From positions 3,686,590 through 3,750,589 of the forward strand of contig OY762445.1 in the NCBI GenBank assembly GCA_963665755.1: a stretch of DNA of 64,000 nucleotides, written 5' to 3'. Of the stretch, positions 47,838 through 58,123 are shown piece after piece. Each line of letters opens with the position of its first letter. Within the stretch, counting starts at the first letter, position 1. The notes below the pieces were generated by a model. That model did no database searches. It was not told the DNA's origin and worked only from the letters and a program-made list of their open reading frames with translations. Origin of the DNA: a bacterium. Lineage in GTDB: Bacteria; JAAXHH01. Made by a program: the position numbers and the translations under genes.

Positions 47838-48129
47838 GGCCTGTCCTCGGGTCGAGAGGTTGTCCTGCGGGCGTTTCATCAAGTATGGGAAAGCGTCGAA
47901 CGAATTGTCAAATTAGCGTCCCACAAGCGGATTGTCACGCAGATTCTACCCGCCCTCCCGGTCCAATTGGCGTTGCCATGCGTCCGGCCCATCCCGTATA
48001 TTGTCAACCGCGACACCGGTGGTACGGCTGGTGTGACGCGGCCCTGTGCATCGGGACGAGTGAGTCTGACCCGTTAAGAACAGAATGGTATACGGACCCG
48101 TGTCGGCGGGCACGGAGGGGATTGGCGTT

Positions 48130-49161
48130 ATGATACGAACAGGTATCGTGGGCTACGGACTGGCGGGTCGTTCATTCCATGCCTACCTGGTATCGCGGAC
48201 CGATGGGTTGAAACTGACGGCCGTCGCCAGCCGGGACCCGGAACGGAGGGCACAGGCGGAACGGGACTGGTCCGTGGATACCTATGAGACCTTGACCGGT
48301 CTCCTGTCGGATGACGATATCCAGCTCGTCATCCTGGCAACGCCCCACCACACCCACGCATCCCTGGCCATCGAAGCCATGGAGGCGGGAAGACACGTGG
48401 TCGTCGACAAGGTCATGTGCATGTCGGCCGCCGAAGCCGAGGGAATGATCGCGGTCAGCCAGCGTCGCGGGGTTGTGCTGAGCGTCTTCCACAACCGTCG
48501 CTGGGACTGGGGTTATCTGACCGTGCGCAAGGCGGTGGAAGACGGCCTGCTGGGCGATCCCTTCCTGATCGAACGGTCCGTGCATCGGTTCCGGGCTTCC
48601 CGGGGCTGGCGGACAAACCGGGCGGAGAGCGGCGGCCTGCTCTACGATTGGGGCGCCCACCTCATCGACCAGGGGTTGCAGCTGCTGGCCGCCCTTCCCG
48701 TCGCGGTCCATTGCAAGGGGCACAAGTACCGGTGGGAAGGAGACATCGAGGATCACGTCACCTGTACCCTGTATTTCGAGAACGGCGCCGAGTATCGCAT
48801 TGAAATCAGCAATTTGTCCCGTATAGCCAAACCGCACTGGTACGTACTGGGCACACGGGGCTCCCTCGTCAAGACAGGCCTCGACCCCCAGGAAGACCGG
48901 ATGAAGAAGGGCGAGATCGAGGCAGCGGAGGAGGCCCCCGAAGACCGCGTCAGGGTTGCCACGGAACGGGACGGCGAGGCCCTGGAAATGACCCTCGACC
49001 CGGTAAGGGGCAGTTGGGTGGATTACTACCGGAATATCGCGGCTGTATTGGACCGTAGCGCGGAACTCGCCGTAAAGCCCGGTGAGATGCTGGATCTGAT
49101 GAGGGTGCTGGACGCCGCCACGGAATCCCTGGAAACCGGGCGGGTGGTATCGACGAAATGA
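48130..49161 (+). CDS. Gfo/Idh/MocA family oxidoreductase
   Basis: GIVGYGLAG Rossmann motif; MocA C-terminal domain. Confidence 0.82.
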   Translation: MIRTGIVGYGLAGRSFHAYLVSRTDGLKLTAVASRDPERRAQAERDWSVDTYETLTGLLSDDDIQLVILATPHHTHASLAIEAMEAGRHVVVDKVMCMSAAEAEGMIAVSQRRGVVLSVFHNRRWDWGYLTVRKAVEDGLLGDPFLIERSVHRFRASRGWRTNRAESGGLLYDWGAHLIDQGLQLLAALPVAVHCKGHKYRWEGDIEDHVTCTLYFENGAEYRIEISNLSRIAKPHWYVLGTRGSLVKTGLDPQEDRMKKGEIEAAEEAPEDRVRVATERDGEALEMTLDPVRGSWVDYYRNIAAVLDRSAELAVKPGEMLDLMRVLDAATESLETGRVVSTK

Positions 49162-50228
49162 GGATCGAACGGAACATGGAACCCAGGCGAATGGTCATTC
49201 TCACGGAGGGGATGCTGGGCACGTTCTCATCCAAGACCGCCGCGTCGCTGATTCGCTACAAGCCCGATGAAACCGTGGCGGTGCTCGACAGCGTGCACGC
49301 AGGCAGGAAAGTGGAAGACCTGCTCGAGGTCGGACAGGGCATCCCGGTCGTGTCGACATTGAAGGAAGCGCTGGCGTTCGGACCGACCTCGCTGGTCATC
49401 GGCATCGCCACGCCGGGCGGCGTACTTCCCGCAGCGTGGCGGGCGGTCATCCGCGAAGCGATCGAGCATGGGCTAGAGGTGGTGAACGGGCTTCATACCT
49501 TTCTCGGCGAGGACGAGGAATTCGCCCGCCGCGCCGAACAGAAGGGCGTTCGGCTGTGGGACGTGCGAAAGCCGCCGGACGATCTGGATGTGGGGCGTCA
49601 CGCGGTCCACGGCCTCCCGAATCTTCGCGTGCTGACCGTAGGCGCCGATTCGAGCATCGGCAAGAAGATCGCCGCGATCGAGATCGGCCGTGCGGCCTGC
49701 GAGGCAGGATGGGATGCCGAGTTCGTAGCTACAGGGCAGACCGGTATCATGATCGCGGGATCGGGCATCGCGGTGGACACCGTGGCGGCGGACTACATAT
49801 CGGGTGCCGTGGAACGGCTCGTCCTGGAACGAAAGGGCCGGGAACTGCTGGTCATCGAAGGCCAGGGCACGATCCTGCATCCATCCTATTCCGGCGTATC
49901 GCTCGGCCTGTTGCACGGCGCGGCGCCGCAGGCCCTGGTGCTTTGCCACCAGCCCGGCCGGGACGTGATGCGCAATCTGCCCGTGGCCGTGCCGTCCTAC
50001 AAAGAGATGATTCACGTCCACGAGACGATCGCCCGGCCGCTGTTTCCCTGCCGGATCGCTGCGGTTTCGCTCAACTGCTTCGGTATGTCCATGGACGAGG
50101 CCAGGCGGGAAGTGGACCGGGTCGCGCGGGAGACCGGACTTCCGACGACGGACTGTGTGAAATTCGGATGCGCTCCGATTCTGGAAGCCCTTGAGCCCCT
50201 GAAGGTTCCGTCGACGAAACCTGACTGA
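49158..50228 (+). CDS. DUF1611-domain protein
   Basis: DUF1611-like N-terminal Rossmann-type region. ATGA overlap with the upstream gene. Confidence 0.55.
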   Translation: MRIERNMEPRRMVILTEGMLGTFSSKTAASLIRYKPDETVAVLDSVHAGRKVEDLLEVGQGIPVVSTLKEALAFGPTSLVIGIATPGGVLPAAWRAVIREAIEHGLEVVNGLHTFLGEDEEFARRAEQKGVRLWDVRKPPDDLDVGRHAVHGLPNLRVLTVGADSSIGKKIAAIEIGRAACEAGWDAEFVATGQTGIMIAGSGIAVDTVAADYISGAVERLVLERKGRELLVIEGQGTILHPSYSGVSLGLLHGAAPQALVLCHQPGRDVMRNLPVAVPSYKEMIHVHETIARPLFPCRIAAVSLNCFGMSMDEARREVDRVARETGLPTTDCVKFGCAPILEALEPLKVPSTKPD

Positions 50229-50247
50229 TGAAGCCGGAGTGCGTAAG

Positions 50248-51591
50248 ATGAACATCCGAATATTGACCGCCGAAGAGGCCGTGACGGGCATCCTGAAGCG
50301 GCGGCCGCTGAACGACGGGACGTCGGCTGCGGGAATCGAAGAACGGAACAGGGAACTGTTCGGCAAGGCCCTGACGGCGGAACAGGCCGTAGCGCAAATA
50401 ATCGACGATGTTCGAAAGAGCGGGGACGATTCGGTAAGGCACTATGCCCGGTTGCTGGATGGGCAAGCCCCGTGTGCCTTCGAAGTTCCTCGGAGCGAGA
50501 TCGACGAGGCGGCGGCATCGCTGCCTTCCGGTTTGCGTGATGCACTGGAAACGGCGGCCGAGCGCATCCGGTCGTTCCACGAAAAGCAACCGTTCGAGTC
50601 CTGGACGCACTGGGACGAAGAGGGCGGTACCGGGCAGATCGTGCGGCCGCTGGACCGGGTCGGCGTCTACGTACCCGGTGGCGGGGCCGCCTATCCATCC
50701 TCACTGCTGATGGCCGTGATTCCCGCCCGCGCGGCCGGAGTCCGGGAGGTCGTCGTGGCCACGCCGCCCGGAAGGGACGGAGCGGTGCCGCCCGCGGTTC
50801 TGGCCGCTGCTTCCGTGGCGGGTGCCGACGCGGTTTACCGTATCGGCGGCCCACAGGCGATTGCGGCAATGGCCTATGGTACCGGGACCATTTCGCCCGT
50901 CGACAAGATCGTGGGTCCGGGTAATGTCTTCGTGACCCTGGCCAAGCGCCAGGTATACGGGATCGTGGACATCGACCAGTTGGCCGGTCCCACCGAAACC
51001 CTGCTGATCGCCGACGAAACGGCCAGTGCGGAACTTGCGGCGGCCGATCTGCTGGCGCAGGCCGAACACGATATCATGGCGAGCGCCATACTGATCACGC
51101 CGTCGTCCGGGCTGGCCCTGGCGGTGCAAAACGCCTTGGGTGAACAGCTGGCCGAACTGGACCGGGCGGACACAATCCGATCCTCCCTGCAACATAACGG
51201 GGGGATCGTGCTGGTCTCGAGCCTCGAAGAAGCGGTAGAACTGGCAAACGCCTACGCACCGGAGCACCTGTGCCTGCTCGTCGCGGATCCATGGACGCTT
51301 GTGGACAGCATCCGGCACGCCGGAGGGATCTTCGTGGGAGAACACGCATCGGAGGCCCTGGGCGACTACGTCACCGGCCCCAGCCATATCATGCCCACCG
51401 GGGGCAGCGCCCGGTTCCATTCTCCCTTGAGCGTGCGCGATTTCCTGAAGATCACCAGCCTTTTCGCGGTCAACGAATTGGCGGAGAAACGGTTGGGACC
51501 TACCGCAATCAGGCTGGCGGAAGCAGAAGGCCTTTCGGCCCACGCCATGGCCATTCGAAGAAGGCTCTCAAGCGACCGGGACGGGGACTGA
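50248..51591 (+). CDS. hisD: Histidinol dehydrogenase
   Basis: Full-length HisD-like sequence, with motifs GPGNVFV and AEHD. Confidence 0.9.
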   Translation: MNIRILTAEEAVTGILKRRPLNDGTSAAGIEERNRELFGKALTAEQAVAQIIDDVRKSGDDSVRHYARLLDGQAPCAFEVPRSEIDEAAASLPSGLRDALETAAERIRSFHEKQPFESWTHWDEEGGTGQIVRPLDRVGVYVPGGGAAYPSSLLMAVIPARAAGVREVVVATPPGRDGAVPPAVLAAASVAGADAVYRIGGPQAIAAMAYGTGTISPVDKIVGPGNVFVTLAKRQVYGIVDIDQLAGPTETLLIADETASAELAAADLLAQAEHDIMASAILITPSSGLALAVQNALGEQLAELDRADTIRSSLQHNGGIVLVSSLEEAVELANAYAPEHLCLLVADPWTLVDSIRHAGGIFVGEHASEALGDYVTGPSHIMPTGGSARFHSPLSVRDFLKITSLFAVNELAEKRLGPTAIRLAEAEGLSAHAMAIRRRLSSDRDGD

Positions 51592-51715
51592 CGCTTTCCC
51601 GTACCGGCCAGGTCCGGCAGGCCGATCGATACGGACCGACGTGTTCGGATATGACCTGATCTCGTCGGCACCGGCCGGGGACGGCCCCACACCGCCCGGT
51701 TCGCCCTCCTGCCCG

Positions 51716-52471
51716 CTACCTTCCGACTTCGGCGAGGGCCGCCTGTGCCGCCTGGGCCAGGAAACCCATGTCGCCACCAAGCGTGATCCACTGGAATCCC
51801 TCCGCGATGCGCTTCCTGTTGATGTCCATCGTGGTGGAAGCGTAACCACCGGGCACGCCGAGTTCCTTTGCCCGGTCCATGATCCTCTTGACCACCTTTT
51901 CCATGTCGGGGTGCGTCGGCTCACCCACGTAGCCGTGTGACGCCGCGAGATCGTTCGGTCCGACCAGGAACGCGTCGACGCCAGGGGTGGTAAGTATCTC
52001 ATCCAGGTTCTCGACGGCCTCGACGGTTTCGATCTGGACCATGATAAACGTTTCCTCGTTGGCGGTACGTAGGTATTCTGCCAGGTCCTGACCCGAGATG
52101 TTGAGGAAACGGGCGCCCATGCCGCGAATGCCCATGGGCGGATACTTGGCCGCGCGGACCGCATATTCCGCCTGCTCCCGGTTGTTGACCCAGGGGATGA
52201 TCAGGCCCTCCGCACCGATGTCCAGCGCCTTCTTGATGTGCACCATGTCGTTCCAGGGCACGCGGACGAGAGGTGTGACGTCCCGGCCCCGGGTCGTCTG
52301 GATCATGGGATGGAGCATTTCCGTGTTCGTGGGACCGTGTTCGGCGTCGAACCAGATCCAGTCGAAGGGAAGGTTCGCAACCAGTTCCACGATGTCGGTA
52401 CAGGGTGTTCCGACGGATACGCCATAGGTCACTTCGCCATTGCGCAGCTTTTCCTTAAGCCGGTTCTTCAT
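51716..52471 (-). CDS. HpcH/HpaI-family 2-keto-3-deoxy-acid aldolase
   Basis: HpcH/HpaI TIM-barrel with a DAEHGP motif. Confidence 0.82.
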   Translation of the reverse strand: MKNRLKEKLRNGEVTYGVSVGTPCTDIVELVANLPFDWIWFDAEHGPTNTEMLHPMIQTTRGRDVTPLVRVPWNDMVHIKKALDIGAEGLIIPWVNNREQAEYAVRAAKYPPMGIRGMGARFLNISGQDLAEYLRTANEETFIMVQIETVEAVENLDEILTTPGVDAFLVGPNDLAASHGYVGEPTHPDMEKVVKRIMDRAKELGVPGGYASTTMDINRKRIAEGFQWITLGGDMGFLAQAAQAALAEVGR

Positions 52472-52659
52472 GCGGTCTCCTGGATAGGGGGTCGGTCGCG
52501 GCAGACAGCGGATACTGCAGCGGATTTCGCGATTGATTCACACACAGGCCGTAAGTATATTGCAAGCCGTTTTGGATGGAAACCTCAAAATGGAAAGGAA
52601 CGTCTATCATCGGCGGTTTCAGCACGGCCTGTTACCGTCAGTGAGAGGAGTGCCGGCTC

Positions 52660-53514
52660 ATGGCAAAAAACACGCTCATTCCTTCGCTGAAGGCCATCAT
52701 CCTGGCGGTGTCGGCGATCATCTTCGCCGCCACCGCGCTGTCAGTCCATGCGCAGCAGATACCCTACGCACCGACGTCCGAAGGCCAGATTCCGGAAGCC
52801 ATACTCGGCAAGGCCGGCGCGCCGCGCGGCAGCGGCCTGGCTTATTTCGATGAAGATCCGGCTACAATGGGTTACCTCGCCGGACCGGATGGACCGGGTC
52901 CACGGGGCGCCGTCATTTTAATCCATGAGTGGAACGGATTGGTGGACCGCGTGAGACAGGTGGCCGACGCCCTGGCGGCGGAGGGCTACGTCGCCCTGGC
53001 GGCGGATCTGTATTCCGGGCGCACGGGGAGCAACCGCGACGAGAACATGGCGCTCGTTCGGGAAACGCTGGGAGATCTGGACAAGATCATCCGTAACCTG
53101 GACGCGGCGGCGGCCTATCTGAGAGGAAGACCGGATGTAAACGGCAAAATCGGAGCCATGGGCTGGTGCTACGGCGGAGGGGTTGCCCTGAGCTATGCCC
53201 TGGGCGGCGAGAACCACGATGCCACCGCCATTTTCTACGGACGACTGCTCGACGATCCTGAAAGACTCAGTGCCATACACCATGAAATCTATGGCACCTT
53301 CGCCGGACTCGACCGTGGTCCTTCGCCCGAACAGGTGGAACGGTTCGTCGCCGCGCTTCGCGAAGCCGGCGTGGAGAACGACGTGCACATCTACGACGAC
53401 GTCAACCACGGGTTCTGGCTGTACGTCGACCGCGACCCGAAGAACGAGGAACCTGCGCTGGACGCCTGGGAGCGGCTGAAGGACTATCTCAAAAGGACCA
53501 TAGGTAGCGATTGA
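52660..53514 (+). CDS. Secreted dienelactone hydrolase-family protein
   Basis: Signal peptide and an alpha/beta hydrolase fold with a GWCYGG nucleophile elbow. Confidence 0.78.
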   Translation: MAKNTLIPSLKAIILAVSAIIFAATALSVHAQQIPYAPTSEGQIPEAILGKAGAPRGSGLAYFDEDPATMGYLAGPDGPGPRGAVILIHEWNGLVDRVRQVADALAAEGYVALAADLYSGRTGSNRDENMALVRETLGDLDKIIRNLDAAAAYLRGRPDVNGKIGAMGWCYGGGVALSYALGGENHDATAIFYGRLLDDPERLSAIHHEIYGTFAGLDRGPSPEQVERFVAALREAGVENDVHIYDDVNHGFWLYVDRDPKNEEPALDAWERLKDYLKRTIGSD

Positions 53515-54260
53515 TGGATGCTTTCGACCAGGCCATTGCCGAAATCGAGACCTTCGGGTTTACGCTGTTGCCCGACGTATTGACGGCGAATCAGGCAGGA
53601 GCATTGCGCGGAGCGTTGATCCGCGTCGCGGAGGAAAACGGCGAGGCCGGTTACGAGAACCGGGGGGGTACGTCGCTGCTGGTTCGGAACCTGCCCACCC
53701 TGGATCCCGTGTTCCTTCAGATCGTCGACCACCCGGTCGTCCTGCCCATCCTGGAGCGGGTGCTCGACAAGTCCCTGGTGCTGGGCAGCCTGAGTTCCCG
53801 GATCGTCCGGCCCGGAGACGGTTACCAGGACCTCCACAGCGACATTCCGCGTCACATGCTGAACACCGTCTCCCCGGTCATGATGAACACCGTCTGGATG
53901 CTGGATGATTTCAACGCGGAGATCGGCGGCACGCGCATCGTTCCGGGTTCGCACAAGAGCGGATGGGCGGGACCGCCTGATGGCATGGAGGTGCCGCACG
54001 TGTACCAGCCCGAGGCCTCCGCGGGCAGCGTGCTGATTTTCAACGGCCAGTGCTGGCACGGCGGCGGCGCAAATACTTCCGACCGCAGTCGCCACGCTCT
54101 TTTCGGGCACTACCGCAAGTCCATGCTCCTCTTCCAGCTCGACCCGCACGACGGTTTTCGGGACGAGTGGTTCGAAGGACTGTCTTCCCGCCAGAAGCAG
54201 CTCATGCGCATGCAGAAGGGGGTCGGCGCGCGTCATGCGGCGGATGATCACCTGCTGTAG
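53511..54260 (+). CDS. Phytanoyl-CoA dioxygenase family protein
   Basis: PhyH-like fold with HSD ... H iron ligands. Confidence 0.72.
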   Translation: MMDAFDQAIAEIETFGFTLLPDVLTANQAGALRGALIRVAEENGEAGYENRGGTSLLVRNLPTLDPVFLQIVDHPVVLPILERVLDKSLVLGSLSSRIVRPGDGYQDLHSDIPRHMLNTVSPVMMNTVWMLDDFNAEIGGTRIVPGSHKSGWAGPPDGMEVPHVYQPEASAGSVLIFNGQCWHGGGANTSDRSRHALFGHYRKSMLLFQLDPHDGFRDEWFEGLSSRQKQLMRMQKGVGARHAADDHLL

Positions 54261-54349
54261 CCGATCAATGATCCACCTGGTTTGGCCCCAGGCTTCCCCG
54301 TCGCTAAAAACCAATAAGGATGTAGATACCTCGTATATACGGAGTAGTC

Positions 54350-54772
54350 ATGGCGAATTCATCACTATCAGATCAACTGGAAGAGGGAACGCAAGAGGTC
54401 CTGGATTTCTCAAAACTCCGGCAGATTGCCGGCATCGAAGAAGAGGTCCTGCCGGTCGTCGTCCAGGATTCGGCAACGAGGGAAGTACTGATTGTGGCCT
54501 ATGCCAACCGCCTGGCCCTGGAAGAATCCCTGAAGACCCGTATCGCTACCTTCTGGAGCACTTCGCGGAACGAACTGTGGATCAAGGGCGCCACATCGGG
54601 AAACGCCCTGCGGATCGATGAAATCCGCGTCAACTGCGAACAGAACTCCGTGCTATTCCTCGTAACGCCCCAGGGTTCCGGGGCATGTCACACGAAGGAC
54701 AGTGACGGCCGTTACCGCACCGGCTGCTATTACCGCCGTATGAGGTCATCCGGGGAACTGGAATTCGTCTGA
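54350..54772 (+). CDS. hisI: Phosphoribosyl-AMP cyclohydrolase
   Basis: HisI-like, with a WSTSRNELWIKGATSGN core. Confidence 0.8.
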   Translation: MANSSLSDQLEEGTQEVLDFSKLRQIAGIEEEVLPVVVQDSATREVLIVAYANRLALEESLKTRIATFWSTSRNELWIKGATSGNALRIDEIRVNCEQNSVLFLVTPQGSGACHTKDSDGRYRTGCYYRRMRSSGELEFV

Positions 54773-54928
54773 ACGCTTATTCCGAACTCAACGACGCAGA
54801 CCCATTCTGAGATAGGTTTGCGTTACTATTTCGAACACGCCTCCAAAATACCCTGCTTTTTCGGAATATCGTCCAAAATAGTACGAAGGCGACGCCGATT
54901 TTCGAGTACCAGCAGGGACAGTCCCCGC

Positions 54929-55669
54929 CTACCCCCCGAAAGCCTCCATGTAAAGCCTGGTGCGCTCGTTCAGGACGCCGTAGAAGCCGCGGGTCTCCGG
55001 GTCTTCGCTGTCCCGCCAGAAGGTGGCGGGAATCCCGGAATCGTTGGCCAGGGGACCCCGGTCCCGGTGACCGTAGTAGATCTGCGCGGTCTTTCGGACG
55101 GCCCGCGTGGGACGGGTGGTCGCCGTGTGGAGGACCGATACGTTGAAGAGGGCGCAGGTGCCCGCCGGTCCGTGGAGGTCGTAGACGCCCCGCTCCAGTT
55201 GCGCGCTGTTCTCCTTCAGTACGGGCTGCTCGATCCCTTCGGGCGATAGGGAAAAACAGTGGGTGCGCTCATCCACGTCGGTGAAATAGACGATGAGCTG
55301 GATGTAGTCCATGCGCAGGGGATGGTCGAACCAGTGGGCTTTGTCGCGGTGCCACCGCTGGTGGAGCGCGCCCTTGTATGGCCCCATGGACCGCAGCCCG
55401 ATTTCCCCGAAACAGAGCGGACCGCCCATCAATTCCTCTATGGTCCCGTAGATGGCGGGATGGCGGACCAGTCCGTCGAAGGCCGGCGTGGTAACGAGCG
55501 CGTCGTAGTTGGCCTCCTGGTGATGGCCGTAAGGATGCCAGAAATAGGGGAACCGGCGGCGGTCTTCATCGAAGAGATCGCGAAAATGATCCACTTCCTC
55601 GTCCGAGAGGACCTTGCCCAGGTTGATGAATCCGTTCTGACGAAAGAACGCCAGGTCAGTCTGCTTCAT
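54929..55669 (-). CDS. Phytanoyl-CoA dioxygenase family protein
   Basis: PhyH-like 2OG-Fe(II) oxygenase fold. Confidence 0.7.
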   Translation of the reverse strand: MKQTDLAFFRQNGFINLGKVLSDEEVDHFRDLFDEDRRRFPYFWHPYGHHQEANYDALVTTPAFDGLVRHPAIYGTIEELMGGPLCFGEIGLRSMGPYKGALHQRWHRDKAHWFDHPLRMDYIQLIVYFTDVDERTHCFSLSPEGIEQPVLKENSAQLERGVYDLHGPAGTCALFNVSVLHTATTRPTRAVRKTAQIYYGHRDRGPLANDSGIPATFWRDSEDPETRGFYGVLNERTRLYMEAFGG

Positions 55670-55845
55670 GAGAACCTTTCAGGTGAGTATTTGTGCTCCG
55701 AATCCCTTTTCTTCCGAATCCCAATTCTACCACCTGTCCCTGGTTCCTATGAATCCGGTTCTTCCAACTGCCTCTGGTTCTTACGATTGCCCCGGGCATT
55801 TCCAACTTCTTCCGGTGTTTCCATTGGTATCGGATGTCCCATCGC

Positions 55846-56550
55846 TCACACCGACCGCGTTATGCCCCCGTCGACCCGCAGGTTCTGGCCCGTGATATAA
55901 CCCGAACCGGGTGACAGCAGGAATGCGGCCGTTTCCGCGATCTCCTCCACCGTGCCGTAGCGTCCCATTGGAATGCGCGACCTGAATGCTTCCGATTCGG
56001 GGAGACTGTCGATGAATCCCGGCAGGAGATTGTTCATCCGGATGTTGTCGCCGGCGTGGTTGTCGGCGTAGATCTTCGAAAAACTCGCCAGGGCCGCCCT
56101 GAAAGGCGTCGAAACCGGGAAGTAATGCTCCGGTTCGAAGGCGGCGAAGGTGGATATGTTGACGATCGAACCGCCGCCCTGTTCCACCATGATCGGGGTG
56201 ACCAGGCGCGCCATGCGCACCACATTGAGAAACACGATATCCAGTCCCTCGTGCCAGTCTTCGTCCGGTATATCCAGCAGGCTGCCCTTGGGCGGATGGC
56301 CGGTGCTGTTGACGACGCCATCTATCCGGCCGTGGGCTTCCATGGCCAGGTCCACCAGCTTCCGCAGGTCGGCTTCGTCCGTGACGGAGCCCGTCACGCC
56401 GATGCCTCCCAGTTCACCTGCGAGTGATTCCGCCGCTCCGGAGGGAGACAGCAACGCGACGGCCCACCCCTGTCCGGCCAGGTTGCGCGCGATGGCCGCT
56501 CCCATGCCCCTTCCCGCTCCCGTGATGACCGCTACTTGTTGCGAACTCAT
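55846..56550 (-). CDS. SDR-family oxidoreductase
   Basis: TGAGRGMG Rossmann motif. Confidence 0.82.
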   Translation of the reverse strand: MSSQQVAVITGAGRGMGAAIARNLAGQGWAVALLSPSGAAESLAGELGGIGVTGSVTDEADLRKLVDLAMEAHGRIDGVVNSTGHPPKGSLLDIPDEDWHEGLDIVFLNVVRMARLVTPIMVEQGGGSIVNISTFAAFEPEHYFPVSTPFRAALASFSKIYADNHAGDNIRMNNLLPGFIDSLPESEAFRSRIPMGRYGTVEEIAETAAFLLSPGSGYITGQNLRVDGGITRSV

Positions 56551-56780
56551 ACCTCTCCCTTCGGCGTATTGACTGTTTTAAGCCATGCAAGATGTCGCTG
56601 GAACGATTTCGGCTCATCTCCATGCAGATTCGGGATTTGTTGATGAAGACTCACGCTTCGAACATGGTGGTATATAAACAAATGCATTCGGGAATAGTAG
56701 TTTTGTACTTTAATTGTTGACGGTTCACCCCTGCCGTGTTATCTTGGCGTCTCCATTCACTATACCCCAGGAGACGCACC

Positions 56781-58061
56781 ATGACAACCAATTTTGCAAA
56801 CCGCACCTTGTACCACGGCGACAATCTTGCTTTCATGCGGGCCATGAACAGCGAATCCGTGGACCTGATCGCCACGGATCCGCCGTTCAACAAGGGGCGC
56901 GATTTTCACGCCACGCCCGACAGCCTGGCCGCCGGCGCGAAGTTTCAAGATCGATGGTCATGGGAGCGCGATGTACATGAAGAATGGGTGGATCAGATCG
57001 CCGACGATTACCCCCACGTCCTGAACGTCATCCAGGGTTCGCGGTCCAGTTACGGCGATGACATGGGCGCGTTCCTGTGCTTCATGGCCGTGCGACTGAT
57101 TGCCATGCGGCGGCTTTTGAAGCCCACAGGCTCCATTTACCTCCACTGTGACCCTACGGCCTCACACTACTTGAAGGAACTCATGGACGCGGTGTTCGGA
57201 CGCAGGATGTTCAGGAATGAAATTGTGTGGTGCTATGGTTCCGGCGGAGCAAGCAAACAGCACTTTTCGAGAAAACACGACCTTATCCTGTGGTATTCGC
57301 GGGGGGGGGGGGGGGGCTGGACCTTCAACGTCGATGAAATCCGCGAACCCTATTCGTCTCCACACAAATCAATGACGCCCAAGATAATAGGGAACAAGTC
57401 ATATCAAAAGATGCACCCGCTGGGACGGATTCCTTTCGACTGGTGGCAGGTCCCCATAATGACCAACAGTGATAAGAATCGCACGGGCTGGCCGACACAA
57501 AAGCCCCTGCCGTTGTACGCCCGGATCATTAAGGCGTCCAGCAACCCTGGCGACGTGGTCCTGGATCCTTTCGCCGGATGCGCGACGACGCTTGTTGCCG
57601 CCGAGAAACTGGGGCGGCAATGGGTCGGGATCGACATATGGGAAAAGGCGGCCGACGTGGTCCGCGCCAGGCTGGAAAACGAGGTGGGGCTGTTCGGAGA
57701 CGTGACGTTTACCGACCGGCCCCCGGAGCGGACCGACGACGGAGACACGGCCGCCCCGTTCCTGCGGGTCAAAGAACGGGTGGCCGAACCCGACGGCCCC
57801 AGGTGGAGCAGGGCGAAGATGTACGAGTATTTGTTGACGCAGCACGGCCCCCGGTGCCAGGGATGCGACCGGACGTTTGACGATCCCCGTTACCTGGAAT
57901 TGGACCACAACACGCCGCGGGCCGATGGCGGCATAAACCACGTTAGCAACCGCATCCTGCTTTGCGGTCCGTGCAACCGCCTGAAATCCAACACGTACAC
58001 GTTATCGGGGCTTAGACGGGAGAACAAGCGGCGGGGGTTCATGAAGGGAGGGACAGCATGA
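56781..58061 (+). CDS. DNA methyltransferase (beta-class N6/N4, DPPF motif) fused to a C-terminal HNH endonuclease domain
   Basis: TDPPFN (motif IV), LDPFAGCATT (motif I), and a C-terminal HNH motif (LELDHNTPRADGG...NRILLCGPCNRLKSN). RBS AGGAGA lies before the ATG at 56781. Confidence 0.8.
   Translation: MTTNFANRTLYHGDNLAFMRAMNSESVDLIATDPPFNKGRDFHATPDSLAAGAKFQDRWSWERDVHEEWVDQIADDYPHVLNVIQGSRSSYGDDMGAFLCFMAVRLIAMRRLLKPTGSIYLHCDPTASHYLKELMDAVFGRRMFRNEIVWCYGSGGASKQHFSRKHDLILWYSRGGGGGWTFNVDEIREPYSSPHKSMTPKIIGNKSYQKMHPLGRIPFDWWQVPIMTNSDKNRTGWPTQKPLPLYARIIKASSNPGDVVLDPFAGCATTLVAAEKLGRQWVGIDIWEKAADVVRARLENEVGLFGDVTFTDRPPERTDDGDTAAPFLRVKERVAEPDGPRWSRAKMYEYLLTQHGPRCQGCDRTFDDPRYLELDHNTPRADGGINHVSNRILLCGPCNRLKSNTYTLSGLRRENKRRGFMKGGTA
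57301..57316 (+). repeat. Homopolymeric G16 tract inside the methyltransferase-HNH coding sequence (encodes GGGGG)
   Basis: Sixteen consecutive G at 57301-57316. The current length keeps the frame (YSRGGGGGWTF); adding or removing one G would truncate the protein. Confidence 0.9.
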
Positions 58062-58123
58062 ACGATCGCATCGAACGAAAACGCGACGGTGACGATTTCC
58101 AGATATTCCCGGATGATGACGAA

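Noticed and set aside
49473-50869. Minus-strand ORFs of 297 and 285 aa
   Set aside because: Antisense to the DUF1611 and hisD genes. Arg/Pro-rich compositional artefacts.
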